DNA of 64,000 nt from Phoronis australis (GCA_002633005.1 NMRA01000309.1:214511-278510); one strand, 5' to 3'; positions 1-13,934 are shown, counted from the first letter of the stretch. Notes: generated by a model from the letters alone, not told the origin. Made by a program: numbers and translations.

Positions 1-1235
1 AAAGCTAGGAGTAACATGGAACGTTCATGGACTGAATCTGTGAAAAAGTCAGTTGCTCTAGGACAGTCGTCATAGAGACGATGCATGACGTCAAACGTGA
101 TTGGCATGTGATTATCTACAGAGACCCGAAGATTTTAGGTACCTTTGAGTAGTTTTCAACGAAGAAAAAACAGTAGGGTCAGGCAAGTTGTCCAGCTGAT
201 GGAAAATTGATAGCCGAGACATAGGAATCGAAAACAGGGGGCGCTGAGGCAAGATTTAAAAGGATGTGCGATGAACTTTCCACTGGCTAAGTGTTTGATG
301 GATATAGAAGGAGGCGAATAGTGGAGGCGCGAAAAGCGCTGGCAATGTATATAATTTTGAAGGATATGAGAGTACGGTTGTAGGGTGGAAGGAGCCAGTG
401 ACGCCTTGAGAACACAGGTCACACCTCGAGGAAGTTGGGTAGTAACGACGTCTGAGCCAACAGCAATGGGAAAAAGGCTACCCGAAAATTAAATCGAGAA
501 AATGAGCCAACGAGTCAGGGATGTGTTTATCACGGAAATGAATGTAAAGTGAAGGAGGCGAAGAGGACTACGCGAAGAATTAGGGACACAATGACACGGT
601 CCCTCGGAGAGATTTTTTGACGAGTTTTGTCGCACAGCAAGAGAATGTTGAGATTGGTGAGTTTATGGTACCAGCGTTAAAGTACGATGACGATTGGGAG
701 AAGTTTCTTGAACGTGATATGATGGTGCAGAAGGTGATCTGGCTAAAAGTGGGCAAAGCAGGAAGTTCTCACGGTTGCGGCAAAGTCCCCGTTGGTGTCT
801 GTAACGTGGGAATACAGCTTGACAGACTCCAGAGACGTCCGTTCGTCAAACAGAAGTATAAGTGTGTCAGCTTTGATGTCTGGTTGGGCTTTCTTGTTGA
901 GGATGACGAAGTGGTTTGGTTTGGAAATCTCGATTGTTAAGCTGATGATACGCCGAAGGAACTCACAGCCAGGGACAATAAACGAAGTTGAGCAGTCCGA
1001 TCAACAATTGAATGTCTCGCAGGGAGACCTTTCTGTGGTTCTGGAAATCGCGAAGAAGTCCCCGGCGTATCCTTGTCTACTTTTTCTTGTGGGAGCGGAT
1101 TAGTCGTAGTTGTTGAATGAAGGTGGATGCCGGAGATGGTGATTGCTGTGGAGAGGTCAACTGTCTTGTAGTGGTTGTTGGGTATGCCAAGTGGTGCCCG
1201 CCTCGGCCTATACCCATGTATACTTGGTCGTCTCG
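1..1235 (-). mobile_element. Decayed tyrosine-recombinase retrotransposon fragment (DIRS order, Ngaro-like): RT C-terminus, RNase H and YR N-terminus; continues off the window edge
   Basis: Minus-strand translation across frameshifts and stops gives, in order: LGIP..KT..STAITISGIHL..LPQEKVDK and KVSLRDIQLLIGLLNF..VPGCEFLRRIISLT (RT end/connection); ITFKKLLPIV..W..LTNLNILLLCD and FRDKHIP (RNase H); then LKASLAPSTLQPY, SYVSAINF, LPDPT and KLLKGT*NLRVSVDNHMPITFDVMHRL..SMLLLAF (YR N-terminus). These match remembered DIRS/Ngaro motifs. The upper boundary is approximate. Confidence 0.8.
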
Positions 1236-1239
1236 TCCA

Positions 1240-1712
1240 GAATGGTGTTCACGTATTGCTCCTATTGATGAACCTTCTGACCGGTGTACTCAGATGTCGG
1301 TGCAAACGAAGAAAGACAGATCTCTGCATTTGTCTTGATCCCCGGCCTCTCAACAAGGCACTCATGACGGGAGACTTTCCAAATTCCAGGCATTATGGAT
1401 GACATACTGCCTCCATTGGCACAGGCAAACGCACTCTCAAAGCTTGACCTCAAGTCTGGTTACTGGTGTTGTACATTCGATGATAGTCCTAGCAAACTTA
1501 CGACCTCGATCGTCACTACTTCGGTCGGTGTGCATGGAAGCGTTTGCCCTTTGGTGTGGTATGAACTTCCGCCGAGTTTATCCGAAAGCGAATCAGGCAA
1601 TCTTCAAAGGACCTACCAGGAGTGTTCTGTGTGGCAGGTGATGTACCGTCAATAGGCCGTGACGGTGAGAATCATGATGCCAACTCGGCTGAGGTGCCTA
1701 CTACAGCGCAGC
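1240..1712 (+). mobile_element. Decayed Ty3/Gypsy LTR-retrotransposon reverse transcriptase fragment
   Basis: Frameshifted pieces IAPIDEPSD, CICLDPRPLNKAL, MDDILPPLAQANALSKLDLKSGYW, SKLTT, WKRLPFG and LPGVFCVAGDV (degenerate catalytic xADD) occur in the canonical Gypsy RT order. Boundaries are approximate. Confidence 0.85.
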
Positions 1713-3339
1713 ACTGACGGAACGGCGTTTGTCATTCAACTTGCCTGCCATCTGGCGACAGATATCGTAACAATTTTGTTGTTGGGGATGAACAATTCTC
1801 CAGCTACCCACCAATTTAAACCTGAATTTAACATTTCCACCATTTTTCCGACATTTCAGTCGTTTTGTGACACATAATTATAGAAATCCAGTCAAGGTTA
1901 AAATTTTTAACGAGATTTCAGTCCCCGCAAACAATTCTTGCGTCTACTGAACTCCGCCCGGGGTATCATCTTTGAACTCGAAATCTAACTGGAAATTATT
2001 TTTGACATTTTCCATTTTACTCTTTGGCGAACTCAAGATATATGTCTGTTCTTCTGTGTTCGAGTACATTGTGGTTTATGTATGTGAGTTTCTAGTCCAC
2101 GTTCGCACTTGATTTCCCCTAGATTCGAGCTATCAACACCAGTACGAACTTGAGATTTCGAATAAAAACTCAAAAGTTCGAGTTCAGACTCGAACATTTA
2201 GCCTTAGTGCAAGGATGATCGAGAGCGAACTAGGATTTAGACAGTTACTCACCTAAGACATTATGTACTTGAGCATAGAATAATAGACACTTATCTTGAG
2301 TTTGCACAAATGTAGAACAGAAAATGCCAATTTCGATTAAAAATGTTAGACCTCGGGTCCAGAACTCTTTCCTGGATGAGGCGCGTTCTAGGCAGACTGC
2401 GCAATTTCTGGGTGCGTGTTTTCCGTTTCTCACTGATAGGTGGCAGCAGTTGTTGTAGTCACAGTCTTAGAGTGAAGGATATCACTTCCTCGTATGCATT
2501 AGTACGGGTGGTTTTACAACGATTTTTATAGGTATTATAGAAAAAAATGATTAATACGACACACTGTGTTGGTTTTGTTCTAAATCTATTTAAAATTCAT
2601 GTGCTCTTTATGATTAGTTCTTCCTTTGATTGCGCATGTCAGTTTACCGATCCTAAAGTGATCTTTCTTGTTTTTGTTGCACGCGTTCCTGAGAATATCT
2701 TGCGTTTTGAACATAACAACTACCAAATAGATCAAAACAGTTGTAAGACATCGCAAAGTTTAGTACAACGTTAATATTTCACATTCAGGCTTCAGATCAT
2801 GGCATTATAGTGGTGTTCTTGTTACGTGATCATCAATTGTGTATTACGTCACACACAATAAGTTGTCAAACTGAGCAGGGTGTTTTTAGCTAGGAAAAAA
2901 GTGACGAACTTGAGCGAGTTTTACATCTAACACTATGTAGCATTATTGTTGGTGCGTCAATGAAAACAGCTGTGAAACAGGATACCCACATAAAAAGTGA
3001 TAAAATGTTTAGGGGGATGCTTTCGTCTTCAAACGAAATGTCATTTTAACGCTTGCAGACTCGGAAAAGCAACTATGCTAATAAACATCCACGCATTTCC
3101 AGCAAAATTTGGTTTAGGCCTATTTGTAGGGTAATTCGTAAAATATGACTACCACCTCCAGGCAGGTGCGGACACGGCAGCTTTCTAGAGAATGATTAGA
3201 TACATAATAAGTACCTTATTTAGATAGACTGACACAAATGTTAAAACTTCATTCTGCAAAATTGTATTTTGCTAACGTTTATTGCATCGTCTCTGAAAGC
3301 ATGTGAACGAGAAAGCGACTGAAATTTAAGTGTTTGTGA

Positions 3340-3440
3340 CAGCGGAATTTCTTAACGCGCTGTGACACGGTTCGTTCTATGCGGGCAGAGGAACAAGTCT
3401 TGCAGCAATTTGCGACGTTGAAAATATTGTCGATCTAAAG
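3340..3440 (+). other. Possible non-coding 5' UTR exon of the long FHOD transcript
   Basis: Strong donor AAG|GTAAGC at 3440/3441, in a CpG-rich stretch upstream of the first coding exon. The start coordinate is a guess and there is no other support. Confidence 0.2.
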
Positions 3441-4940
3441 GTAAGCATACTTTTGGAAGTTGTGTTTGGGGAACCTTAAACGTGGTGTGCAAATTAGTGT
3501 TGGTGATTTTGGTTAATTTTTGGTAGTTCTGAACTTTCAGAAATTGCAAGAGTAATCCAGAATACGTTGGTTACTCGTTTGATATTCTGCCACAAAATTG
3601 CACTGTCATTGTTGGCTGAAATGTATGTTTTCCGCCGCCTGCTCGTTGGCCTCTCATGTAGACACGAAGCCACGGACACATGTACTAACAGTTGTTAGTT
3701 GTTAATGACAGATTGATATAACGGGAGCAGTTGAACAACAGACGAGCACACGATTAGAATCTTTGACCAAAACTTTGCAGACGATCTGTCAGCCAACTAC
3801 TTTGTACATGTGGCAACAAACTCTCTTGTCTGCGAAATGTCCGAAACGTTCACAGTCTGTGACTGATAGAAAAGTTGAAAAGAAACATCGGCGCCTGCTT
3901 AATTTTAATTACGATTTGTTTGCTCAACCGTGTATTATTTGTTTTCATGACGAGCACTGCGCTGTGTGGAGCTCTTGTAACCATGGCAACATAAATATAT
4001 TAGGTAACTTGTAGAGCCTCCAATTTATCTATATACCGCCTTCAGCGCAAGCAGATGTCCTACTGACAGATCATTTTGGTGTGAAAACAGTTAATTAGCG
4101 CAATATTAACCAGTTAGCAAGATCATGCAATAAAATCGTGTAACGACATTGACCAATGAGGTGCAGTAACCTCAAGTCAACTGTATACCGCATTCATCGA
4201 TGAAGGAATCGTTGTAGCACCCGCCTCTTCATTATTATTAATATCATAGCAGTCGAGCTACGCACGGGAAAAGGTAAACTGATTTTCAGAATTTTTCGTT
4301 CTCAAAACCAGCTTTGTCTTTAACAAAAGTCTTCAGAGCGTACAGAAAAATGTGGAGAAAATATCTCCTTCATTAAGTTTTTCTACACAAACATATTCTC
4401 GATGTCCATCACACGAGACGTGAACTAGTTTGTAGACAAAACAGTTTTACATATGGCCGCTGAATACCAATTCAACGATCATAAATTGGAGAACATTTTG
4501 GTTTACTTGCATGTTTAATTAAGGAAGATTGTTAAAGTTACTGTATTGCATTGTTTGTAAAGGACAGTTAGTGGTGGTGTAGTTGCTATCTGGACTCGTT
4601 CATAAGAATGGAACTAATAAATAAAAACTGAGCTGTTCACGTAGGCCTACTGGAGAGGTTGACCGCTGTGAATTGAAATGCAATAAGAACACAGACATTC
4701 TAATTTCTGAGTTTAAAACGAGATTTCCATTCGTTTACATTAAATGTAAATGAACATAAATCTCGTTTTAAGCTATTTGACCCGTTTTATCAGAGGTCAT
4801 ACGCAAAGTCTGCGCCCAGTTGTAGTTTGGAAGGTTGTATGCATGTGATTGCGGATGCGGTACTGTTTTACGAACGAGAACAAAACGTTTCTACCAACGT
4901 GAGTTGGACTGTAGCCAGTGTTCACTCCTAGTTCTAAAAC

Positions 4941-5186
4941 CATACGCGGAGTTATGGGGGGATCAGGGAGTGCAGTAATTATGACCGCTAGCGGACGGGG
5001 GGCTCAGACCCCAGATCGTGTTCCGGTTTTTTTTTTTTTTTTAGTCCACCGATAGATTTTCTGAAGAGAAGGTCCACATCCCGGCCCCCGCAACTTTCGG
5101 GACGCCTGTGCACATACACTCGCGCTTTACCCAATTTCCCGAGGCAACATGTTGGCTCCCCTTATGGTATCCTAGATCCGCCACTG
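4941..5186. mobile_element. Degenerate MITE related to the CAG(T/G)GGCGGA-ended family
   Basis: The right end TCCTAGATCCGCCACTG is a good TIR and the left end CATACGCGGA is degenerate. The element is flanked by a 7-bp direct repeat CTAAAAC (4934-4940 and 5187-5193). Confidence 0.45.
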
Positions 5187-8100
5187 CTAAAACAAACTAC
5201 TTGCCACTAAAAAAATTGGCATACGGCCGTCTTAGTGACGACTGAACGTACATGTAGTGCACACGACCTGTGATGAGGTAGGTCACAGGGTCAACTTAAG
5301 ATGTGAACCAAAATTGACACACCTGCTTTGTGCTAAAAAGTAACGTGGTTGAGTTTGGATGGTGGTGCTGACACATTGGTATTAGGTACCATTTATACAC
5401 CGGGATACTTGCATAGAATCGCTTTGTGGGGCGCGCCTCTCAGACGGGTAACTTCTTCCCCACCAGATTCCCTATGAGAGGATGCCTTTTCTGATTTAAT
5501 CTCCTGCAAACTGTTACTCTGGGAGTTCTGAACTTTGCAAATGAGGTTCCTTTGTCCGTCTACATAAATATTGATTTCATCTATAACATAAAACTGATTG
5601 CAAATGATGTACTCACTTTTGACAACATAACACATTTCCTTGTTCTGTGTTTTGAGGCTTAGTGGGTTAAAAATGAATCTGTCCACTAATCACTACAAAC
5701 GTGCTCGGTTCGTGCAACTAACCTAAACAAAGGGGTGATGTTTCTAGACTAAACCGTACGAATGACTGACATTTTCACGACAGGCACCGTGCAAATGGGC
5801 CCCTCTCTAACTGGGTAAATGTCAAAAAATTTCAGTTGCATCCCCGGCATAAATATGATCGAATATGCCCAGCATTTACCAAACGGTCAATAGTGAATTG
5901 CCTGTGGTCTTTGCTGTAAATCTTTATAATGTAAAACTTGATGACACGATGGTCGTTATCACGCATCACAGTCTAGAACTAATTTATAGAAATTGTCTTA
6001 GTTACTGGCAGCCATGTGTACATTCTCAAAGACTTTGCACACGTGAAATTTAATTATTTTTCATAAATACTTGTGTGGAGAGTAAAACCAAATTTCCAGA
6101 AGTCACTTTTCATTACACAGGCTGCTGAAGGCGCTTCACGTCATTGTTGGTTGTATCTTTTCTTTCAAATTACAAGTAAAAATACATTAATAAAAATCTA
6201 TGCTGCGTCTAAAATGATTGTAGGGGTCCTGTAACTAAATAATTCGGACAAGTTGTGTTTGAAATTCTGAGTAAACCCAGTAAATTACATAAACAAATCA
6301 AAGGTTAACCATTTGCCTTGTTTGTTATCATTTTTAATTATACCCCGTTTGCACTACAAAGTTTAATTCGGGTTAAGTCCTATTTGTGGCTCACGTCAGT
6401 TTGTGGTGCTTGTGTAAACGTTGCCGTAGTAGATGTAATCGGCTTAAGCCAAACTCTTTTGATCTTGAGGAGGTTGATTCGAGCCCAATAAAGTCATAGC
6501 CGATACTAGATCGATAGTAAATGTAAATGGGCAGTCGAATCGTATCGACTGAAATGTGGGAAGTGGCGTATACTTGCTCATGTGGAGATATTAGTCCCTG
6601 GGTCTACTGGTTCAAGACCACGGTTCGGGTCTTCTTCGACCCCCGGGTGGTCAGGTTTGACTGCAATTTTGTGGAGCAAATGGGAAGTGGGTGCTACGAA
6701 TTGTATTCAGTAGTTCATTGAAGCTGATTTGAGCAAATAGAATCCAGAAATTTGGCATCTGCTCTTTTCTACCAGAATACGGAAATCTCGCTTTTTTGTC
6801 AGAGCACATCCTTGCCAGTGTTGAAGTTTTGGCACGAATCCAGGTACACTTCAGACAAGTGGAAATTCTCAAAAATCTGGTTGACACATTTTAACCTAAA
6901 TTGCTAGAATCTAGAGTACAACAGCATTAGAATTCTTGTCTCCTCTCTTGCATCGGGGTAGTCGTGAATTTGTGATGTTAGAGAAAAAGACCAAAATCGC
7001 AATTTTTGGTCATTTTTAGCATCTCAATTTTCTTTTCTTGTGTGAAACCCCATCGAGTGCACTTTTTCTGTCAGATACGCACAGTTTTTCGGGTATCTTG
7101 AGACAAGGTGCAAATAAGAGAAATGATAACATGAAAATCAATCACTCGATCTGTGGTCTGGACACATTTTCGTCCACAATGTCACGGCCGGTGACACATG
7201 CTTTCTCAACGCACGTTACACACGATTACTAGTATGGATAAACAAAATTGAAACGGCTATTGGAAGCAGGGAGAGACAGCGAAGCTGCTTGAGGTCTGGA
7301 GGGACGCCAGTCTCTCCTGCAAGGGTGTCAGGATTCATTAGCGGAACATAGAAATCGGTAATGGTCGGAGATAACGTGTCCGAATTTCGAGAACCTGTTC
7401 CTCCACTGAGTAACGGGCATCAAACTGGTTTTCAAAATACGGGCACTGTTGCCTAGAAATCTTCAGTGTTTAAAACTGTTCGATAGAGATTTATTGCTTA
7501 GAAAACGCGGAGATGTACCGACTTGACCCCATAGAGCTGCTTAAACTAAGTCAATCCGGAGTTATAGTGTGAAAGGGGCATTAGGCTCGGCCTCGCGGCC
7601 ATTTCCCAAGAGATGTCGCTAGCTTTCCTAATTGATTGCCTGTTTATGTTACCCGATTTATGCGTTTGTTTGTCTACGTTTAAGCCAGGTGCCGTTTTTT
7701 GTTCGGTTGGACATCTATAGAAGAGCTTTCCTGAACTCTAAAATCATTTTTGTATCCATGATTGATGGATATTAATGGATTCTATTTCTCAAGAAAAACA
7801 ACTTGTGGTGATGGTATTCTATACCTTGACAGAGTTCACACATCAGATTTCCGTTGTATAGCATAGATCAAGTTCTGGGATTATTTTAGGCCCTTGTTTG
7901 AATCTATGCTTTTGATATTATGCAATGCTTGTTCTAGTAATCCAATGAATTGAGCGAGAATGCAATTCAGTGTTTGTGTGCCTCCGAAAATGCAAACAAA
8001 AATCGCTGCTTTCTGGCCGCTAAAACGAAGAGTGGGTATTGGCTTACATGTATGTCGTGTTGCCTGTTGATTATAGCCTCTAAAACTCATTCGTCAGTGA

Positions 8101-9539
8101 TTTGAGGCAAGCGCTCTGAACAAGGGAAGAAGGAATTCTCATAGACCGGTCATTATTATGCAACACTACAATTGTTATTACCCAGAATTTGCACGAAATG
8201 TTCGGCTCGAACGCGTTCACCTAGAAACTAACCGTTTAATAGCATAAACTGGGCTCGTCAATATATCACTCTCAATGAAATGGCACTTTCGGCATCCATT
8301 ATGTACTGGCAAACAAGTTTTTTCCTTCCGTGTATTAAACACTGTACATGATCTTTCACGAAGCGTTTATCGTTCAACAGAACGGCGGTGCTTCCAGAAA
8401 CTAACAAAGAAGACATTGCTTTGTTGCCTTCCCCAGTGAAGGAAAGGTGAGTGCCATCATGGAACCAGTTTTGCATCGAGAAAATAAATATCTATGGTGA
8501 GGACAATGGTTAGTGTTTCGTCCTAGAACAGTCGGGATGACTTACCTGTGGTTTCATCGTTTAGTGAAACATTAAAATATAAGTAGCGTTTTGTTATTAG
8601 CTAAGTCACTATCTGGAAATCTCAGCATTTTATCAATGGTGTTTTGCTGATTAACTGCACTTTTGGAATACTGTTTTACAGGATGAAAACCAAAAACCCA
8701 AGTGTTGTATAGCAGTTGTTTTATTCAGTTGACTAGGTATGCGTTCCGAGGACGCAAGAATTGCTCGACTAAGACTAGTGTGATCATGTGCTTCGCTCGA
8801 GATGTATGGCGATATTTCGCGAAGTCTTGCCGGTGATCTTGCGTTTAGCAAGGGTCGTTTGTCTACGGAACGCAGGTCAGCATAACTTGCCGTAGTATTT
8901 TAGTTCAGTCGATGTTGCTCTAGTATTATTTTCCTGTGGAGACGTCGTGCGCCCCTGCGCAACTGTATCGCTCTATGTTTGTAACGATTCTTAGCTGTGC
9001 CATTTCAGACATGCCGAACACATTTGAGGATACAATTTCATTTTTATTTATATTTTCTGTGATATTGAATGAGTGGACTCACTGGACAATCTTTAATGAA
9101 AAATTGCCTAATCTTTAATAGTTAGCGATTGTAATTATAAATTTGTGCCCGAGCCAAATAAATGTAGTGTTGTCGAATGCGTGTGTTATGTTATATGTAG
9201 ACAGAATGACAATAAAGCCCGACGATTCTTGCTCACTGTTTTGTTTAAATCGTCTGGTATCCAAGTCGAGACAGGATTTATGTGGGCCTATTGCCAGTGA
9301 CTATATATACTTGTACATGTGTTTCCTATGTTCTGGCGTCGGTTGTAGGCACGGGGAAGTTGTGGTTTTCATGCCATTAAATTGTTTTAATATATTTAAA
9401 ACATGTGCTGCTATTTGTAACATCTGTCTGTTTACATCTGAATATCCAGAGACCATCTACCATGCTTATCTGGCGCGTTTACAGTTGAAGAAACTTCAAA
9501 GTAATTCCACTACACCTGCACAGGTAGTGTGTTCGCTAA

Positions 9540-9951
9540 TGCCGAGGTCACAAGAAGCCTTCGACACCGATCCGGCAGAGAAACGATCGTATCCGCCAAA
9601 TGTCGGGTGACTTCTAGAGATTATCAGGAGCGCAACGGTCACATTTGAAAGATACATAGGCGGGACAGATAAGACGTCGATGCATGTGCTTGTCATCGGC
9701 CGGACGTCGAGAGATGGCCGACGACCGACCGATAAGTCAGTCAGCTATCTGAATGTCATCAGGCGATTGCCGATACGGATAACTAGCAAATAACATCGCT
9801 TCTTAATCTGCCGACGTCTTCCTAATGCGAACGCGGCATTGGTTCACCGCTACTACTGGTCCGATAAAAAATCGCCCGATCGTGGAAGGCATCTTGATAG
9901 AACTCAGTCGGCGGGATCAGGTCGAGCATCATTCGATATGTAACCAAGGCA
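9540..9951. mobile_element. PIF/Harbinger-like MITE
   Basis: Imperfect TIRs TGCCGAGGTCACA / TGTAACCAAGGCA (10/13 match), with further subterminal symmetry (TCGAC..GATCC.GC.GA). TAA lies on both flanks (9537-9539, 9952-9954), and the interior is CpG-rich with many CCGAT/ATCGG motifs. Confidence 0.6.
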
Positions 9952-11051
9952 TAAAGGACTGTATACCTGAAAAATTAGCAAATAAAACACCTCTCGTTTG
10001 TTTGATCATTGTACAAAGCTTTCAGAACTCACAAGTGCTAAATGGCGATAATCTTGCTTGGTTTATTACAACAGTTGGTTGATGTTGTGGAAGTGACATC
10101 TCTAATGGTTTAAAGGGAAATCAAAAATGTTGTAAAGTCGACTGAATTGTCTCTTTTGAATAATAATTGTATTATCTTTTTTCTGTGTCTTAACGGTGTG
10201 CAAAGTTTTCGTAACACCTTAGTGACCTCGCATTTTGTTGATAATTTACGTCAAGTGTCATAGCAATTTATAAATATTTCTTCAAGATTGCGGAGTATGT
10301 GGAAATGTGTCATGTCGGATTATGGCCCAATGCCGGCAGGGTGGTCCATTGATTTAGATTTTTCTTTTTTTTTCATTAACGTGAAGAAGTGTGATTTCTT
10401 TTTGAGTTTGAAAATTTTAATACTTTAAAAGGTATTAAAATTGCAGTTGCCCCAAAGTATTCTATGATTCCTTCTTGAACAACATCTAATAAGAACTGTT
10501 TATCTCATATTTTAGGAAACAACTCTGGTTTTAACTGAGGACGACTTTTTTTCAACGGAGACGTTTGCCGCTGGCTAACGACGACACCTACTGTCAGTCT
10601 AACGGCGCTCATCCCCAAGTGATTAAACGCAGACAAGAAAAAAACACAAGCGGAATCTGTTCGGTCACATCACTCTCGTCGTCATGGTAACTGTTGGCAT
10701 CAATCACCTTATGTGAACCCACTCACTTTGGGATTAGTAACCCATCGGTAAAGTTCAGGTAGATTTCAGATTTTCCCACAGACAGCGCTGAAACGGATTG
10801 GGGAATAGTCGACAAAGTGAGCATCTGCATCCCTCACTGAGGATTATTTATACATGCGCAGTAATGTTCTCCAAATAAGATACGTCACTCACAAGGGGAT
10901 ATTAACACTCGAGCGAAACAGGCAGGAGTCCACCAAGTCAGTAAAAAAAACTTCGCGTTACTGTCTCGCAAACTTTTCTGAACAAGCATCTCAATTGAAA
11001 AGAACGGGACGAAGTTTGAAACTTTCGATGAGCTGATTTCGCCCTTCCATC

Positions 11052-11087
11052 ATGTCTCACCGACGCGACTACGGGAGCAGTAGCTAT
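11052..11087 (+). CDS. FHOD: Putative first coding exon of the long FHOD isoform (MSHRRDYGSSSY)
   Basis: ATG in context CCATCATGT (A at -3), an in-frame upstream stop TGA at 11034-11036, and 12 codons ending at a GTGAGT donor in phase 0. The Y/G/S composition is continuous with the next two exons. Confidence 0.65.
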
Positions 11088-13934
11088 GTGAGTATCCCTT
11101 ACAGTTTCTGTTCAATTGTAAGTATACGATTTCTAACTTGCATTGACATGGCAAGCTTCTGTCGAACTGAGAATTTCTCTCCAATACAGTCAAAGAATGT
11201 GAATCTGTTTCGCTCAGAGTAGTTATCCGCCTCGCTTATAATTTAGTGTTTCTTGCTCATTACTAGATAGCTGACCTATTCCAGTTGAAGTAGGCAGACG
11301 ACCCACACTGACGGCCATCATTCAAGTGCTACTAGTCTGTTGATGCAGCATTTTAGGTCGCCTGTTGTATTTGTTTATATAATTAGTCACTTGTATAAAT
11401 GGCAGAGAAAACAATACATTAACTGGGAGTTTCAGGTCTTTTAAGTATCCGATGCCACCGTCCCAGCACTTACTGTTGACGCATTCACTCCGAGTGGAGG
11501 AATGTTTTCTCAAACGTGTGCTCCATATGCGAATCACCATTTCGCTTTCCGATTTTCTATAAATAGACAAGCCTCCAAATGCATAATATAACTAGCTTCA
11601 TATGTAATCGTAAGATCAAAATCCAAATGGAATCTGCCAGTAATCCGTTCGTCGCCGTGAAGTCCCATGTACTATTAAACACGTGTAATTACTTAATAGG
11701 TTTGAAAGACAGAGTGTAATCCCTTATGTGAATTAGTCTTTTTTGACCCTTCGTTAGAGGTCGAGATTTAATATTATTACGCGCGTTCCGTCCAACTGAA
11801 ATCAAAACATTCAAGCTGTTCACCATTTGATTTTGAGTTCGTACCTGTAATTTACGGAAATTCTCTTTGGTGCGTTGCTGGAATAGGTAATAACCAGGAC
11901 ACTTGATCATATAGCAGGAACTGAATTTTTCAAATAGTTTTAAAATGAAGTTGGTGTTTGGGTACGCCACTATTGAGTCCTAAGCAAAAATCGAAAACTA
12001 AAAATGTGTAACATAGAAATCAGGTAACCTCGGTTCTAGACAAGGCTGCATAACATTTAGCAAGGACCAATTTCTTTCAGCCTGTAGTTTTCATGAAAAT
12101 TTAAAATTCCAGCCTCCGTCGTCGTGGGAGGCTCAATAAATCTGTAGACGAGGTTGTCACAACGCGTCGTAATCTGCCATAAAGTAGCCCAGGTTACTAT
12201 GCGCATGTCAAGGCGTTCTGGCATCGTCGCCAGAAACACTGGCCTCACAGCTCCCTGAACATTACCGTTAATATGTTTATAAACTCATTTGACAATACAA
12301 TGGGCCTGCTGACAGTTGGTGGTGGTTAACTTTAGGTTTGAACTTTAAAAAATCAACAGAGGCCAAATTTGATTTATTGACGATTGTTGTAAAGGTTAAG
12401 ACTGGTTGCGTGTACATTTCTCTCTTTTCACAAAGGGATACAAAAATATTCCCGTTTCAATGAACATCATTTGACAAACCTGGGAATTTCATTCCACCAG
12501 GACATCAGGCTTGAAACCAAAGTTGGCCAGGTGCCTGACCCACCGTCCTCATTCACTTTTGTAAGTATCTCCTAGCCCACCCCCCTCCCACCACCTGGTC
12601 ATGAGCTCTGATCCGCGTTAATAGCCACGGAGGCAAGGCAAAGAGAGTCTAATTTATAATTAAAATATCTTTGACAGAGGTAGGCTAACCTTGGTTTAAA
12701 GAAGTCTGCATACTAGTTTCGTTCAGTAAGAATTTCATTTTGCGTTTGTGCTCAGTACATGAATTGCTACTGCGTAGTTTGAAGACGCAACTAGCTTTCT
12801 GATCTTTTTTTAACCTCCTCTTATAGTCCCTAATTGCAATGAACTTGAGCAAATTAACATAATCTATACACGTTATGTATCCGTTAGAAAATTCTTTGAG
12901 TGCATGTTATCCTGCCATGAAAAGACATGGTTTTGATGAGACTTTCGTTTTTTAACTTGTTGTTTTCTTAAAGCCATGTGCTCTCATGGTAGCACAAAAA
13001 GTCACTAAGACATAAATCAAATTACCAGGAATTTCTTACTAAGTAAAACATGTATTAGGCAGTATGCCTTAAGCTCATTTCCCCCAATTTCTTGGAAATA
13101 TGAGCAAAAAAGTAGATACAGTTACTTTTAAGTAGTTTACTATAAACAAAGGAGATACAATTACTGACACATAATCATCTCAACCTTCATTTTAACAAAT
13201 TCTTAAAAACCAAAAAATTCACACTAAATATATGTTTTGAGAAATGATGTAATTTTGAAAAAGCATAATTAAAGAGTGATACTTTCGGACTAAGTTGGTT
13301 TTCGATAAACCTTCCTTCCTGAATTATCAATTAAAGTGAAACGGGAATTTTTTTTCAAATTACCAGATTTCAATTCTAAACATTAAAAACCTAGGTCTAG
13401 CATCTATAAAAATAACGGCAGACACTGTCTCCTATTCAAGGATGAGATTTCAGAGAACGTTTTACAAACAATTTCTCTGCGGTTGTTGTAAGACGTTTTC
13501 ATATTGACCCAGCATTCAGTAAAATGTAACACAAGCCACCTGGTCCTAGTGATTCTGTACAACAGCCTTGGTTTTTTTGCAGTTTCGTATTAGTGAAGGA
13601 TTTTATTTTGATTGATACAATTAGTTTAACAATATTTTTGTTTTATACAACCAGGCATGATAATTAGTCTTAGCAGACCCGACCGTTTACATGAACTTTG
13701 ATTTTCGACCGCAAGGTCATTTGTTTAACTTTCTATGATATTTCCTGCTTTTATCATCTCCAGGGGCGTAACCATACACCGAAATAATGCCTACATATCG
13801 GCGCTGGGTCGTTGACTAGGCAATTCCAATGAAACTGGAGTCCTGATCAAGACACAAATTTCTCTAAAACAGTCTATGTATGCCATGGAGAGCGTAGCTG
13901 TTGGCAATAAGCCTATCCTTTCTATACCTAAATT

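Noticed and set aside
6341-7580. Harbinger-like terminal motifs at about 6343, 6520 and 7565
   Set aside because: The ends could not be paired with matching TIRs and TSDs, so they are too degraded to call.
12913-12991. Imperfect 22-bp inverted repeat (17/22)
   Set aside because: It is weak, has no TSD and no second copy was seen.
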